Source of the DNA: Sphingomonadales bacterium
Lineage (GTDB): Bacteria > Pseudomonadota > Alphaproteobacteria > Sphingomonadales > Sphingomonadaceae
Length of the DNA stretch: 36,265 nucleotides
Reading direction: 5' to 3'
Assembly (NCBI GenBank): GCA_017304105.1
Contig: JAFKLU010000355.1
Location: forward strand, 1 to 36,265
Position numbers and translations under genes: made by a program
Shown: piece after piece, positions 25,832 to 34,902 of the stretch
How positions within the stretch are numbered: the first letter of the stretch is position 1
Layout: each line of letters opens with the position of its first letter
The notes under the pieces: model-generated
What the model saw: only the letters and a program-made list of their open reading frames with translations
Told to the model about the DNA's origin: nothing
Database searches by the model: none

Positions 25832-28528
25832 TTATTCCTCGCGGCCGAACAGCGCGCCGAGCCCGGCGAGCGCCTTGCCCGTGGCGACGATCTGGCGCGG
25901 CTCCGGCCGGTCCTTGCGCTCCGGGCGATCGCCGCGTTGCGGACGGGCACCCTGCTGCGGCCCATCACCCTGCGGCCGCTCGCCTCTGGGACGTTCGCCC
26001 TGCGGCCGATCACCGTGCGGACGCCGCCGCCGCTCGCCTTCGGGGCGGGGCGGACGCGCTTTGGGCCGGCCCCTGAATGCCCAGTTGGGCGCGCCCTCGG
26101 CCGCGTCCGGCACGGGCCGGAAGCCCGCCTGTCGCATGAGATCGAGGAAGCTCGCCTCATTGAGACCGATCGAGACGATGGTCGAATCTTCGGCGCCATA
26201 AGGCTTGTTCGCCGCGATCGCCTCATGCGCGCCGCGCGCGAGGCGCTCGGCCATGTCGATGCGCAGCCAGGCATCGCCCAGCTTGCGGAAGCCGGCAATG
26301 CCCGCGCCCACTTCGTCCAGCTCCTCGCCGGCCGGCAGCAGCACGGCGCCCGCCGGCGGCAGGGCCACCAGCGGCGTGCCGCGCTTCAGCGCCAGCAGCG
26401 CCATGCGCCACTGCGCCGCGGCCGGCTTCATGAGGCCGGGATGATAGAGATCTAGCACGCCGATCACGACGCCCGACTTGCGCAGATGGGCGCGGTCCTC
26501 CTTGGCGACCTGGCCCAGCGCCTCGTCGAGCGCGGTGCGCGGCATGATGCCGCCCGCCTCGGCGAGCTGCGCCAGCACCGCGCGCACGGACGGGGGCAGC
26601 GCCGGATCGGTCGAGCCCGCCTCCATCTTGAGCAGCGCGGGGATGTGCCGATCGAACTGGCCCTTCACCCACACGCTCAGGCGCTCGCGCACGCCCTGCT
26701 GAATCTCGGGGGCGAGTCCGCCCAGCCCCGCATCGAGCACCAGATCGGGCGCGAGCAGCCGCGGCCCCGACCGTAAAGTCGCGACGGGATGTCCATTCCA
26801 GATGATCTGACTCTGTCCTTCGGGCGGGCTGGCCAGACTGAACGCCTTGTCGTCCACTGCCAGCAATGCCTGCGCCATCTCGTTCAAATGTGCACCCAGT
26901 CTCCGTTCGGCGGCGGCCAGAAGCAGCCGCTTTTCGCTTGCCCTCGCTGTCGGATCGACGGCGAAGCGAAAGCCGCGCATCGTCCCGATCTTGTGGCCGT
27001 CGACTGTTACAGCGCCTGCGCCGTCCACGTCCACTGCCAAAAGCGCATTTGTTCCGCCGCCCTGTCTCAGCAGCGCGGAGGCGCGCCGATCCACGAAACG
27101 CTGGCGCAGCGCGCCGTGCAGCGCGTCCGAGAGGCGATCCTCCAGCGCGCGGGCGCGGGCTGACATTTCCGCCGGTTGCGCCAGCCAGTCGTCGCGCTGG
27201 GCGACATAGGCCCAGATGCGCACCGCGGCGATTCGCCCGGCGAGTGCGTCGACATCGCCCTGCACATTGTCCAGCCGCGCAAGCTGGCCGGCGAACCAGT
27301 CCTGCGGGATGTGGCCGCTACCCTGGCTGAGCCATGTCCACAGGCGGTGGATGGTGCGGGCGTGATGCTCCAGGCCGAGCTTCTGGAAATCCGGCACCGA
27401 GCAGGCCGCCCAGAGCCGCGCCACCTGCCGGGGGCCGCGCGCCCGCTCGCGCACGTCGGGCAGGTCGGCGAGATATTTGAGCACGGCAAGGTCGATGGCT
27501 TCCGGCGCCGCGCGCAGGCCCGGCTCGTTCGGGCGCTCCTCCAGCGCCTCGATCAGCGTGTCGAGATCGTCCATCGGCAGGTCCGCCTCGCGCCAGAAGA
27601 TCTGGCTCACCGGCTCGAAACGATGCTCCTCGATCCGCTCGACTTCCTCCGCCGAAAAGGCCGGCGGGCCGTCCGATGCGCCGATGTCGCCGAACGTGCC
27701 ATCCTTCTGGTGCCGCCCCGCGCGCCCGGCGATCTGCGCCATCTCGGCGATGGTCAGGCGGCGCGTGCGCTGCCCGTCATATTTACGCAGCGAGGCGAAG
27801 GCGACATGCTCGACATTCAGATTGAGCCCCATGCCGATCGCATCCGTCGCGACCAGATAATCGACCTCGCCCGCCTCGAACATCGCGACCTGGGCATTGC
27901 GCGTGGCCGGGCTGAGCGCCCCCATCACCACCGCCGCGCCGCCGCGATGCCGACGCAGCGCCTCGGCCACGCGATAGACCTCCTCCACCGAGAAGGCGAC
28001 GATGGCCGAGCGCTTGGGCAGGCGCGAGAGCTTGGCGCTGCCCGCATAGCGCAGGGTGGAGAAGCGCGGCCGCGAGACGATCTCCGCCTCGGGCAGGAGC
28101 GAGCGCACCAGCGGCGCCATGCTGGCCGAGCCGAGCAGCATCGTCTCCTCGCGGCCGCGCGCATTCAGCATACGGTCGGTGAAGACATGGCCCCGCTCGG
28201 GGTCGGCGGCGAGCTGGATCTCGTCCAGCGCAACGAAGGCGAAGTCCTTGAACGGGCCGAAGCCGCCGCGCGCCGGCATCGCCTCGGCGGTGGCCATCAC
28301 ATAGCGGGCGTTGGGCGGGACGATGCGCTCCTCGCCGGTGAGCAGCGCCACCTGATCCGCGCCCTTGATGCGCGACACGCGCTCGTACACCTCCCGCGCC
28401 AGCAGCCGCAGCGGAAAGCCCATGAGGCCGCTCGAATGACCGCACATGCGCTCGATCGCCAGATGCGTCTTGCCGGTGTTGGTCGGCCCGAGCACGGCCT
28501 TTTGCGCAGCGGAAGCGTGCCTCGCCAT
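25832..28528 (-). CDS. SF2 helicase, Suv3/MgpS-like
   Basis: LGPTNTGKT, FPLRLLARE, DEIQ, VATDAIGMGLN, QIAGRAGR. Start placed at MARHAS. Confidence 0.92.
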   Translation of the reverse strand: MARHASAAQKAVLGPTNTGKTHLAIERMCGHSSGLMGFPLRLLAREVYERVSRIKGADQVALLTGEERIVPPNARYVMATAEAMPARGGFGPFKDFAFVALDEIQLAADPERGHVFTDRMLNARGREETMLLGSASMAPLVRSLLPEAEIVSRPRFSTLRYAGSAKLSRLPKRSAIVAFSVEEVYRVAEALRRHRGGAAVVMGALSPATRNAQVAMFEAGEVDYLVATDAIGMGLNLNVEHVAFASLRKYDGQRTRRLTIAEMAQIAGRAGRHQKDGTFGDIGASDGPPAFSAEEVERIEEHRFEPVSQIFWREADLPMDDLDTLIEALEERPNEPGLRAAPEAIDLAVLKYLADLPDVRERARGPRQVARLWAACSVPDFQKLGLEHHARTIHRLWTWLSQGSGHIPQDWFAGQLARLDNVQGDVDALAGRIAAVRIWAYVAQRDDWLAQPAEMSARARALEDRLSDALHGALRQRFVDRRASALLRQGGGTNALLAVDVDGAGAVTVDGHKIGTMRGFRFAVDPTARASEKRLLLAAAERRLGAHLNEMAQALLAVDDKAFSLASPPEGQSQIIWNGHPVATLRSGPRLLAPDLVLDAGLGGLAPEIQQGVRERLSVWVKGQFDRHIPALLKMEAGSTDPALPPSVRAVLAQLAEAGGIMPRTALDEALGQVAKEDRAHLRKSGVVIGVLDLYHPGLMKPAAAQWRMALLALKRGTPLVALPPAGAVLLPAGEELDEVGAGIAGFRKLGDAWLRIDMAERLARGAHEAIAANKPYGAEDSTIVSIGLNEASFLDLMRQAGFRPVPDAAEGAPNWAFRGRPKARPPRPEGERRRRPHGDRPQGERPRGERPQGDGPQQGARPQRGDRPERKDRPEPRQIVATGKALAGLGALFGREE

Positions 28529-28539
28529 AATCCGGGCAG

Positions 28540-28568
28540 ACATGGAGGCCCCGGCCGCCTCGGGCAAG
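28540..28568 (-). promoter_or_regulatory. RpoH-like promoter CTTG-N18-TCCATGT upstream of helicase-S4
   Basis: Spacing and -10 resemble sigma32 promoters; ends 11 nt before ATG 28528. Confidence 0.4.
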
Positions 28569-28761
28569 GGCAATGCGCGCCGGCGCGAAAATTTCCGCGC
28601 GCGTGCCGCATTCGGTCGGCGCTGTCGCACGTCTCACCGCAGGCGCGACGCGGCGCATCATCTGTTTGTTTGACTTTAACCCTTTCCCTTCACAAACCTC
28701 CGCGCGAAGGCCGGCACAGAGGATCGGCCATGCAAATGGCCTTTCGGGGGCGATTTACGCG

Positions 28762-30321
28762 GTGTTTCAAAAGATTGAACTGAACCCGACGCAAGGGACG
28801 ACAGCCGGAACGCTCTGGCTGAACAGCCCTGTGCAGGCTCCCGCCGCCACGCCCCCGGGCGACTGGCGCGCGCGGGTCGCGGATTGGGCAAAGCATGCCG
28901 ATCTTGTGCCCGATCTGGGCCAGAACATCGGCAGCCGGGTCTGGTGGCGCGGTCTTGTCACCTGCCTCTCCCTATGCGGCACCATGCTGGCGCTCGCGCC
29001 GGGCGCCACGACCATTCCGGGCAATGCGCCCGCGCCACTCGATGCCAATCATTTCGATCAATATCGCTCGCAGATGATCAGCGCATCGGCGCTGGGGAGC
29101 GATAGTGGCCTGCGCATGGCCGCCACCGATGCGGTCGCGCCGCTCGCCGAAACCCCCGAGCGCCCGCAGATCGAGCTCGACGCGGCGCTGGGCACCGGCG
29201 ACAGCTTCGCCCATACGCTGGCCCGCTCGGGCGTGAGCGACCGTGACGCGGGCACCGTTCTCTCGCTAATCGGCTCGGCGGTCGATCCGGATTCGATCGC
29301 GGCCGGCACGCGCGTGCGCATGGTCCTTGGCCGCAGGCCCAATCGTCAGGTCGCGCGCCCGCTCGATAGGCTCGCGGTGCGCGCCCGGCTCGAACTGGCG
29401 CTGGAGATCACGCGCGAAAATAGCGCGCTGGCGCTCAAGCGCATCCCCATCGCCGTCGACAACACGCCGCTGCGCATTCGCGGCCGCGTCGGCGACAGCC
29501 TTTATCGCGCGGCCCGCGCGGCCGGGGCGGAACCGTCGAGCATCCAGTCCTACCTGAAAGTGCTCGCGACGCGCCTCAACATCGGCTCGGACATCGGCGC
29601 GGACGACCATTTCGACATCATCGTCGCCCACCGCCGCGCCGCCACCGGCGAGACGGAGACGGGCGAGCTGCTCTTCGCCGGGCTTGATCGCGCGCGCGGC
29701 AAGGACGTGAACATGCTCAAATGGACGAAGGACGGGAGCCAGCAATGGTTCGAGGCGTCCGGCGTCGGCGAGAAGCGCGGCGTGCTGGCGGCGCCCGTCT
29801 CCGGCCGCATGAGTTCCAGCTACGGCGCGCGCTTCCACCCCATCCTCGGCTACAAGCGCATGCATGCCGGAGTTGACTTCGCCGCGGCCTTTGGGACGCC
29901 CATCTATGCAGTGACCGACGGGCGCGTCACTTATGCCGGCTGGCATGGCGGCCATGGCAAATATGTGCGGTTGCAGCATGGCGGCGGGGTCGGCTCGGGC
30001 TATGCGCATATGAGCCGCATCGCCGTCGCGGCGGGGCAGAGCGTGCGGCGCGGCCAGGTGATCGGCTATGTCGGCTCGACTGGCCTCTCGACCGGCCCGC
30101 ACCTGCATTACGAGCTGTATCGCGGCGGCGCGACGATCAATCCTACGTCGATCAAGTTCACCCAGGTCGCCCAGCTTTCAGGCGCGGCGCTTAACGCCTT
30201 CAAGGCGCGGCTGGCGGACCTCAAGCGCCTGCCGGTCGGCCTCGGCGAGCCGGCGGTCAAGACGGCGCAGGCGGCAGGCGGCGCCCTTGTTGCTGCCGGG
30301 GGCGTTGCGCATACGCGTTGA
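28762..30321 (+). CDS. Membrane-anchored M23 peptidase (MepM-like)
   Basis: TM segment near WWRGLVTCLSLC; RFHPILGYKRMHAGVDF, YAHMS, GLSTGPHLHYE. GTG start inferred. Confidence 0.92.
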   Translation: MFQKIELNPTQGTTAGTLWLNSPVQAPAATPPGDWRARVADWAKHADLVPDLGQNIGSRVWWRGLVTCLSLCGTMLALAPGATTIPGNAPAPLDANHFDQYRSQMISASALGSDSGLRMAATDAVAPLAETPERPQIELDAALGTGDSFAHTLARSGVSDRDAGTVLSLIGSAVDPDSIAAGTRVRMVLGRRPNRQVARPLDRLAVRARLELALEITRENSALALKRIPIAVDNTPLRIRGRVGDSLYRAARAAGAEPSSIQSYLKVLATRLNIGSDIGADDHFDIIVAHRRAATGETETGELLFAGLDRARGKDVNMLKWTKDGSQQWFEASGVGEKRGVLAAPVSGRMSSSYGARFHPILGYKRMHAGVDFAAAFGTPIYAVTDGRVTYAGWHGGHGKYVRLQHGGGVGSGYAHMSRIAVAAGQSVRRGQVIGYVGSTGLSTGPHLHYELYRGGATINPTSIKFTQVAQLSGAALNAFKARLADLKRLPVGLGEPAVKTAQAAGGALVAAGGVAHTR

Positions 30322-30382
30322 GGAACGGCGCGTTTCTGAGCGGGCGAGCGTCTGTCCTGATGAGATTTTAGCGCCTCAGCTA

Positions 30383-30454
30383 TCCGTTCGCGTCGAAGTC
30401 GAGACACGTATCGGGCAGCCTCAATGTGTCTCGACTTCGCTCGACACGAACGGA
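30383..30454. repeat. REP-like inverted doublet (CCGTTCGTGTCGAGCGAAGTCGAGACAC type)
   Basis: Left arm TCCGTTCGCGTCGAAGTCGAGACAC, right arm GTGTCTCGACTTCGCTCGACACGAACGGA. The left arm lacks 4 nt relative to the right. Confidence 0.8.
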
Positions 30455-30670
30455 ATGGGCTTGCTGCAAACAGATGAGGACCAAACACCAGACCGCAGCG
30501 TGCCGCACAGAGGCGAGGGCGTTTCTACCCCTGATTGCGGAAAGTGAGTCGCCGGGACGAATCATCCCGCCCGCGACGGCCCCACCAGCCCGCGCGTTGA
30601 CGCCCGAAGATGCTGCGCCGCCGCGAGGGCAGGGCGTTGGCCTGTTTCGACGAAGCGTCAAATTTTGTGC

Positions 30671-30707
30671 TTGGCAGCATGAACCGTCTTAGATACGTTA
30701 TATCATC
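30671..30707 (+). promoter_or_regulatory. Promoter TTGGCA-N17-TACGTT with an overlapping Zur-like box (TACGTTATATCATC)
   Basis: 10/14 match to the palindrome AATGTTATAACATT, directly abutting ATG 30708; no SD. Confidence 0.6.
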
Positions 30708-32906
30708 ATGGACCGATACGCTTCACTAGCGCGCTTCCTGCGCTCCGCCGCCCTGCCCGCCATTCTCCTGACCGCCCCGGCCCTGCCCGCGGCGGCGCAG
30801 ACGCAGGCGGAGCCGCCGCCCGATACGGGTGCGCAGCATGGGCATGATGCGGACCACCCGGAAGATATCGTCATCACCGCGCTCATCCCGCGCAGCCATA
30901 TCGATATCCTCGGCGGCACGTCCGTCCTGACCGCCGAGGCGCTGGTTCGCGATCTGCGGCCGAGCCTAGGCGATACGCTGGCGCGTCAGCCGGGCGTCAG
31001 CGCCACCTCCTTCGGCCCCGGCGCCTCGCGCCCGGTGCTGCGCGGCTTCGCTGGCGATCGCATCCGGCTGCTGACGGACGGGATCGGGAGCTTCGATGCG
31101 TCGGCGACCTCGGTCGACCATGCCGTCGCGATCAATCCGCTGCTCGCCGATCGCATCGAGGTGCTGCATGGTCCCGCGGCGCTGCTCTACGGCAGCTCCG
31201 CCGTGGGCGGCGTGGTCAACGTGATCGACAGCCGCATTCCGACGCGCTTGCCAACCGGCGGCGTCGATCTGCAAGCCAACGGCACCTATGGCAGCGCGGC
31301 GGAGGAACGTGCCCTCGCTGGCAAGACTGACATCGCGCTCGGTGGCGGCTTCGTGCTGCATGCCGACGGGAGCTGGCTCAAAACCGGCGACCTGCGCACC
31401 GGCGGCCACATCCTCGGCGCGACGCAGCGCGCACAGGCCCTTGCGAGCGACGAGCCGGAGATTCGTGCGCTTGCCGATCTTTCCGGCCGCCTGCCCAATT
31501 CGGCGCTGGAGAATTGGAGCTATACCGGCGGCCTCAGCTATATCGGCAGCGGTGGCTCGATCGGCTTCTCGGTCGGCAAGTCGCATTCCGGCTATGGCAT
31601 CCCCGTCCGCTATGTCACGCAGGAGGAGGATCATGACGAGCATGCCGGAGAGGAAGAGGGCGCTCACGAGCATGGGGGCGCAGAGAAAGTCCGCATCGTC
31701 ATGGACCAGACCCGCGCGGACCTGCGCGCCGTGGTTCCGGTCGGCGGCGGCTTTCTCGATCAGATCCGCGTGCGCTCGGGCTGGGCGGATTATCAGCATG
31801 CCGAAGTCTCGGCCGACAATCCGGGCGAGGTGCACACTCGCTTCTTCGCGCAGGGGCTGGAAACCCGCCTCGAACTGATCCAGGCGCGGCATGGCGGCTG
31901 GGATGGCGCAATTGGCGGACAGTTGCTGCTGCGCTCCAGCCATATCGAAGGCGAGGAGAAGTTCCTGCCCAGGATCGACAGCGCGACTTATGGTCTGTTC
32001 ACCCTGCAATCGCTGGATCTAGGCAATCTGCGCCTGGAAGCCGGGGTGCGCTACGAGCACAACCGGATCGATGCGGCGGCGGATGAGGATCTGGGCTCGC
32101 CGGATCACCGCCGCAGCTTCGACACCTTCTCCGGCTCGCTGGGCGCCAGCTATGCGATCGTGCCGGACTGGCGGATCGGCATCAATCTCTCGCGCATGGA
32201 GCGCGCGCCGACCGCAGACGAGCTGTTCGCGCGCGGCAACCATGCCGGTACGCAGGCCTTTGAGCTGGGCAATCCCGATTTCTCGACCGAGCGCGGCTGG
32301 GGCCTGGAGGGCATGGTGCACGGCCGGGGGCGCGATTTCCATGTGACCGTCTCGGCTTATTACAACAAGTTCGATCGCTTCATCCATGACGGCATCGTGC
32401 CGGACGCGGCCTGCCTTGCGGTGTCCGGGGGCGCTTCGCTCGAATTCCCCTGCTTTGCCTATCAGCAGAGCGGCGCGCGCTATTATGGCGCGGAAGTGCA
32501 GGCCGACTGGACGGTGGCGAAGATCGGCCCGGCATCGCTAAGCTTCGACGGGCTCGCCGACGTCACGCGGGCGACCCTCGATGGCGGGACGCCGGTGCCG
32601 CGCATCCCGCCGCTGCGCTTGCTTGGCGGCGCGACGCTGCAGGCGCTGCAATGGAACGCCCGCATCGAGGCCGAGCACAGCTTCAGGCAGGATCGCGTGA
32701 GCGGGCTCGAAACGACCACGCCCGCCTTCACCCTGCTGAATGCATCGCTGGGGTGGAAACCGGCAGGCCTCTCCAACCGCCTGTCGCTCACGCTGACGGC
32801 GAACAACATCCTGGATGTCACCGCCCGCCGGCACGCGAGCCTGCTCAAGGACTATGCGCCACTGGCCGGCCGCGACATCCGCCTCACGGTGGCGATCCGG
32901 CTTTAG
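30708..32906 (+). CDS. TonB-dependent receptor, ZnuD-like (probable zinc uptake)
   Basis: TonB box DIVITA; plug SFGPGASRPVLRG, DHAV, RIEVLHGPAALLYGS; His/Glu loop EEDHDEHAGEEEGAHEH; ELFARGNHAGT; HASLLKDYAPLAGRD. Confidence 0.92.
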   Translation: MDRYASLARFLRSAALPAILLTAPALPAAAQTQAEPPPDTGAQHGHDADHPEDIVITALIPRSHIDILGGTSVLTAEALVRDLRPSLGDTLARQPGVSATSFGPGASRPVLRGFAGDRIRLLTDGIGSFDASATSVDHAVAINPLLADRIEVLHGPAALLYGSSAVGGVVNVIDSRIPTRLPTGGVDLQANGTYGSAAEERALAGKTDIALGGGFVLHADGSWLKTGDLRTGGHILGATQRAQALASDEPEIRALADLSGRLPNSALENWSYTGGLSYIGSGGSIGFSVGKSHSGYGIPVRYVTQEEDHDEHAGEEEGAHEHGGAEKVRIVMDQTRADLRAVVPVGGGFLDQIRVRSGWADYQHAEVSADNPGEVHTRFFAQGLETRLELIQARHGGWDGAIGGQLLLRSSHIEGEEKFLPRIDSATYGLFTLQSLDLGNLRLEAGVRYEHNRIDAAADEDLGSPDHRRSFDTFSGSLGASYAIVPDWRIGINLSRMERAPTADELFARGNHAGTQAFELGNPDFSTERGWGLEGMVHGRGRDFHVTVSAYYNKFDRFIHDGIVPDAACLAVSGGASLEFPCFAYQQSGARYYGAEVQADWTVAKIGPASLSFDGLADVTRATLDGGTPVPRIPPLRLLGGATLQALQWNARIEAEHSFRQDRVSGLETTTPAFTLLNASLGWKPAGLSNRLSLTLTANNILDVTARRHASLLKDYAPLAGRDIRLTVAIRL

Positions 32907-32952
32907 GGCGCGTCGGTTCGACCAGAACTGAAGACGACAGACCACCAATGCC

Positions 32953-32983
32953 AAAGCGCGGGTCCATCAAGATGGACCCGCGC
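32953..32983. terminator. Perfect 13-bp hairpin between convergent genes
   Basis: GCGCGGGTCCATC-AA-GATGGACCCGCGC, with a short U-run on the minus strand. Confidence 0.7.
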
Positions 32984-33012
32984 AGGACAAGCCTCGTTCG
33001 GCTGATTGGTTG

Positions 33013-34791
33013 TTACTTGACGATATAGGAGCGGCGGAAAAGTTCGACCGCGTTCCCCTTCGGCGCCTCATTCAGGGGCTGCGTGATATATTCCTGCAGG
33101 CCCCAGGCGCCGTATTTCGTGATCGGGCCGTAGTCTGACAGTAGCGTGATCTGATCGCCGATCTCGTTCCGCCACCGATTGAGGTAACGCGTATAGGCCT
33201 TGCCCATCCGGTAGTCGCGGCTGATCCTCTGCAGCTGAGTCACGTCGGACTCGCTGAGATAATGCTGCCCGGCCTCGTAGGTCATGTAGCGAAGACCATA
33301 GCTGTCCGCGAGCGTCTTCACCGCCTTGGCGCCACTGATGGCCGCTTCGATGTCCTGGTCGACCTTCGTGTTGAAGAAGGCGTCGACCTGCTCCGTTGTG
33401 GCCAGGGAACCGGCTGCGAGCTTGTAGCCGAAATAAGGCGCAGTGGCGACAGCATCGACCTTCTTGGAGATGACGCCATTTCCGCCATCCCACCTCAGAA
33501 CCAGCTTGGCACCCCAGGCGTTGCCGTTCTGGAACGAGATGACGCGAACCAGGCGCGACATCTGGCCGGCATAGGCTGCGCTCCAGATGTCCATGACCTC
33601 ACCCGTCCTCTGGCCATAGCGATAGAGCATCGCGATGCCGTCATTCGAGTCCAGATTTGCGGCCTTGCCCTCGTCGCGCGCCTGCACCGTCTGAGGGAAC
33701 ACCCAGTTCCAGACTTCATTCGACAGTTCGACATGAGCCTTCAGCTTCGGATCGAGATGGTCGCGAACATAGATGGCCATGTTGCGAACATAGTCTTCGC
33801 TCGCGTTCCACGGGATCAGGAACCAGGGATTGGTCTGGGTCTGGTTGGCCAGCATGACCATATATTCGATTGGAACCGAGTCGGGGCCCTTAATGATCCC
33901 GTCGCCCGGCTTCGTGCGGCTGTCCCAGGTCAGGCTCGCAATGTTGTTGTTAACGCCCGCAGACCAGCCGAGGAACCGCACGCTGTTATAGCGCTTGATG
34001 TCCTCGATCGCGAGGGGATGAAAAAGCAGCTTAGGATCGGCATCGGTCTCGCGGCAGTCGATGTCCCGAAGCGGGTCGCCAGCCGGCATCTTCGAGAAGA
34101 AGAAGTTGGGCGCAGAACGGTCGGGGGCCATGACGAAGGTGAAAGTGAGGGAGTTGGCGTCCCTCTTCAGGTTCTTAACGGCGAGGCCACTCACCGAAAC
34201 CGTGCCCGCAGTGCCCTTCCAGCGGCAGATGATGTCGACCGACGCGCCGCTATAGGCTTTCGTGGGGATCGACATCGACCGAACCGCACTTTCCTTGCCT
34301 TCAAGCATCGTAATGTTTTTCTTGGCGTCCAGTCGGTCGGCGGGCACTGAGGTGAGCCACTTCCCGGTCGCGTCGACGAACTGCCAGCCGCTACCGGCGA
34401 GCAGGTTCATGAACGTGCGAGCATTGGAGGAACTGGAAGGGCCAGCAATATTCTGGCCGAGCATCATCGGCTTGAGGCCCGCGGGCGTTGTGCTCGTAGA
34501 GGCGCCAACGACATTCGTCGAGGTCGGGATGGTGGTTGTGGTGGTGGTTGGCTGGTTCGCGGTCGATCCGGTCGACGTCAGTACCGTCGCCGTCGACACA
34601 AGCGGAGTCAGCCACTGCATCATGTTGATCTTCACAGTGCCTTGCGTAGTCATTGTGAGGGTAAACACAAGGCTCGTCGTAGCTGCGCCAGCAATTGCAG
34701 CGCTTCCGAGAAGACCGGTTGAACTAATGCCGATCGCACCAAGCGCACGCCACTTCTTGGGGCGTTTGCCGCCCGCAACCCTGTTTTTCAT
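33013..34791 (-). CDS. Membrane-tethered or secreted protein with a Thr-rich linker and a putative glycoside hydrolase-like barrel
   Basis: Basic N-terminus plus hydrophobic segment; PTTTTTTIPTSTN linker; PWFLIP, VELSNEVWN, YEAGQH and KYGAWG motifs; visibly lower GC. Confidence 0.7.
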   Translation of the reverse strand: MKNRVAGGKRPKKWRALGAIGISSTGLLGSAAIAGAATTSLVFTLTMTTQGTVKINMMQWLTPLVSTATVLTSTGSTANQPTTTTTTIPTSTNVVGASTSTTPAGLKPMMLGQNIAGPSSSSNARTFMNLLAGSGWQFVDATGKWLTSVPADRLDAKKNITMLEGKESAVRSMSIPTKAYSGASVDIICRWKGTAGTVSVSGLAVKNLKRDANSLTFTFVMAPDRSAPNFFFSKMPAGDPLRDIDCRETDADPKLLFHPLAIEDIKRYNSVRFLGWSAGVNNNIASLTWDSRTKPGDGIIKGPDSVPIEYMVMLANQTQTNPWFLIPWNASEDYVRNMAIYVRDHLDPKLKAHVELSNEVWNWVFPQTVQARDEGKAANLDSNDGIAMLYRYGQRTGEVMDIWSAAYAGQMSRLVRVISFQNGNAWGAKLVLRWDGGNGVISKKVDAVATAPYFGYKLAAGSLATTEQVDAFFNTKVDQDIEAAISGAKAVKTLADSYGLRYMTYEAGQHYLSESDVTQLQRISRDYRMGKAYTRYLNRWRNEIGDQITLLSDYGPITKYGAWGLQEYITQPLNEAPKGNAVELFRRSYIVK

Positions 34792-34884
34792 TGGTTAGCT
34801 CCCGCAGGGATCCTCTGGTCAGGTCCCGTGTTGATCTAGGAGCAGAAATAAAGACGTTCCCGAAAGTAAGCCTTGCAGAGCTCG

Positions 34885-34902
34885 GTGAATGGGATTTTAA
34901 CC
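34885..34902 (-). promoter_or_regulatory. Candidate CtrA box (minus TTAA-N7-TTCAC)
   Basis: Plus strand GTGAA-TGGGATT-TTAACC, one mismatch, about 95 nt upstream of the 34791 start. Confidence 0.5.

Noticed and set aside
26789-27163. Cys-rich 124-aa plus-strand ORF resembling a zinc finger (CQQC, CPRC)
   Set aside because: The Cys codons are reverse complements of the helicase GCA/ACA codons; no SD. Kept only as part of the rare-codon observation.
27176-28783. 535-aa plus-strand ORF
   Set aside because: Shadow of the helicase.
30455-30670. Possible cobalamin riboswitch or sRNA upstream of the TonB receptor
   Set aside because: No B12-box or other recognisable aptamer motif, and the promoter appears to lie downstream of this stretch.
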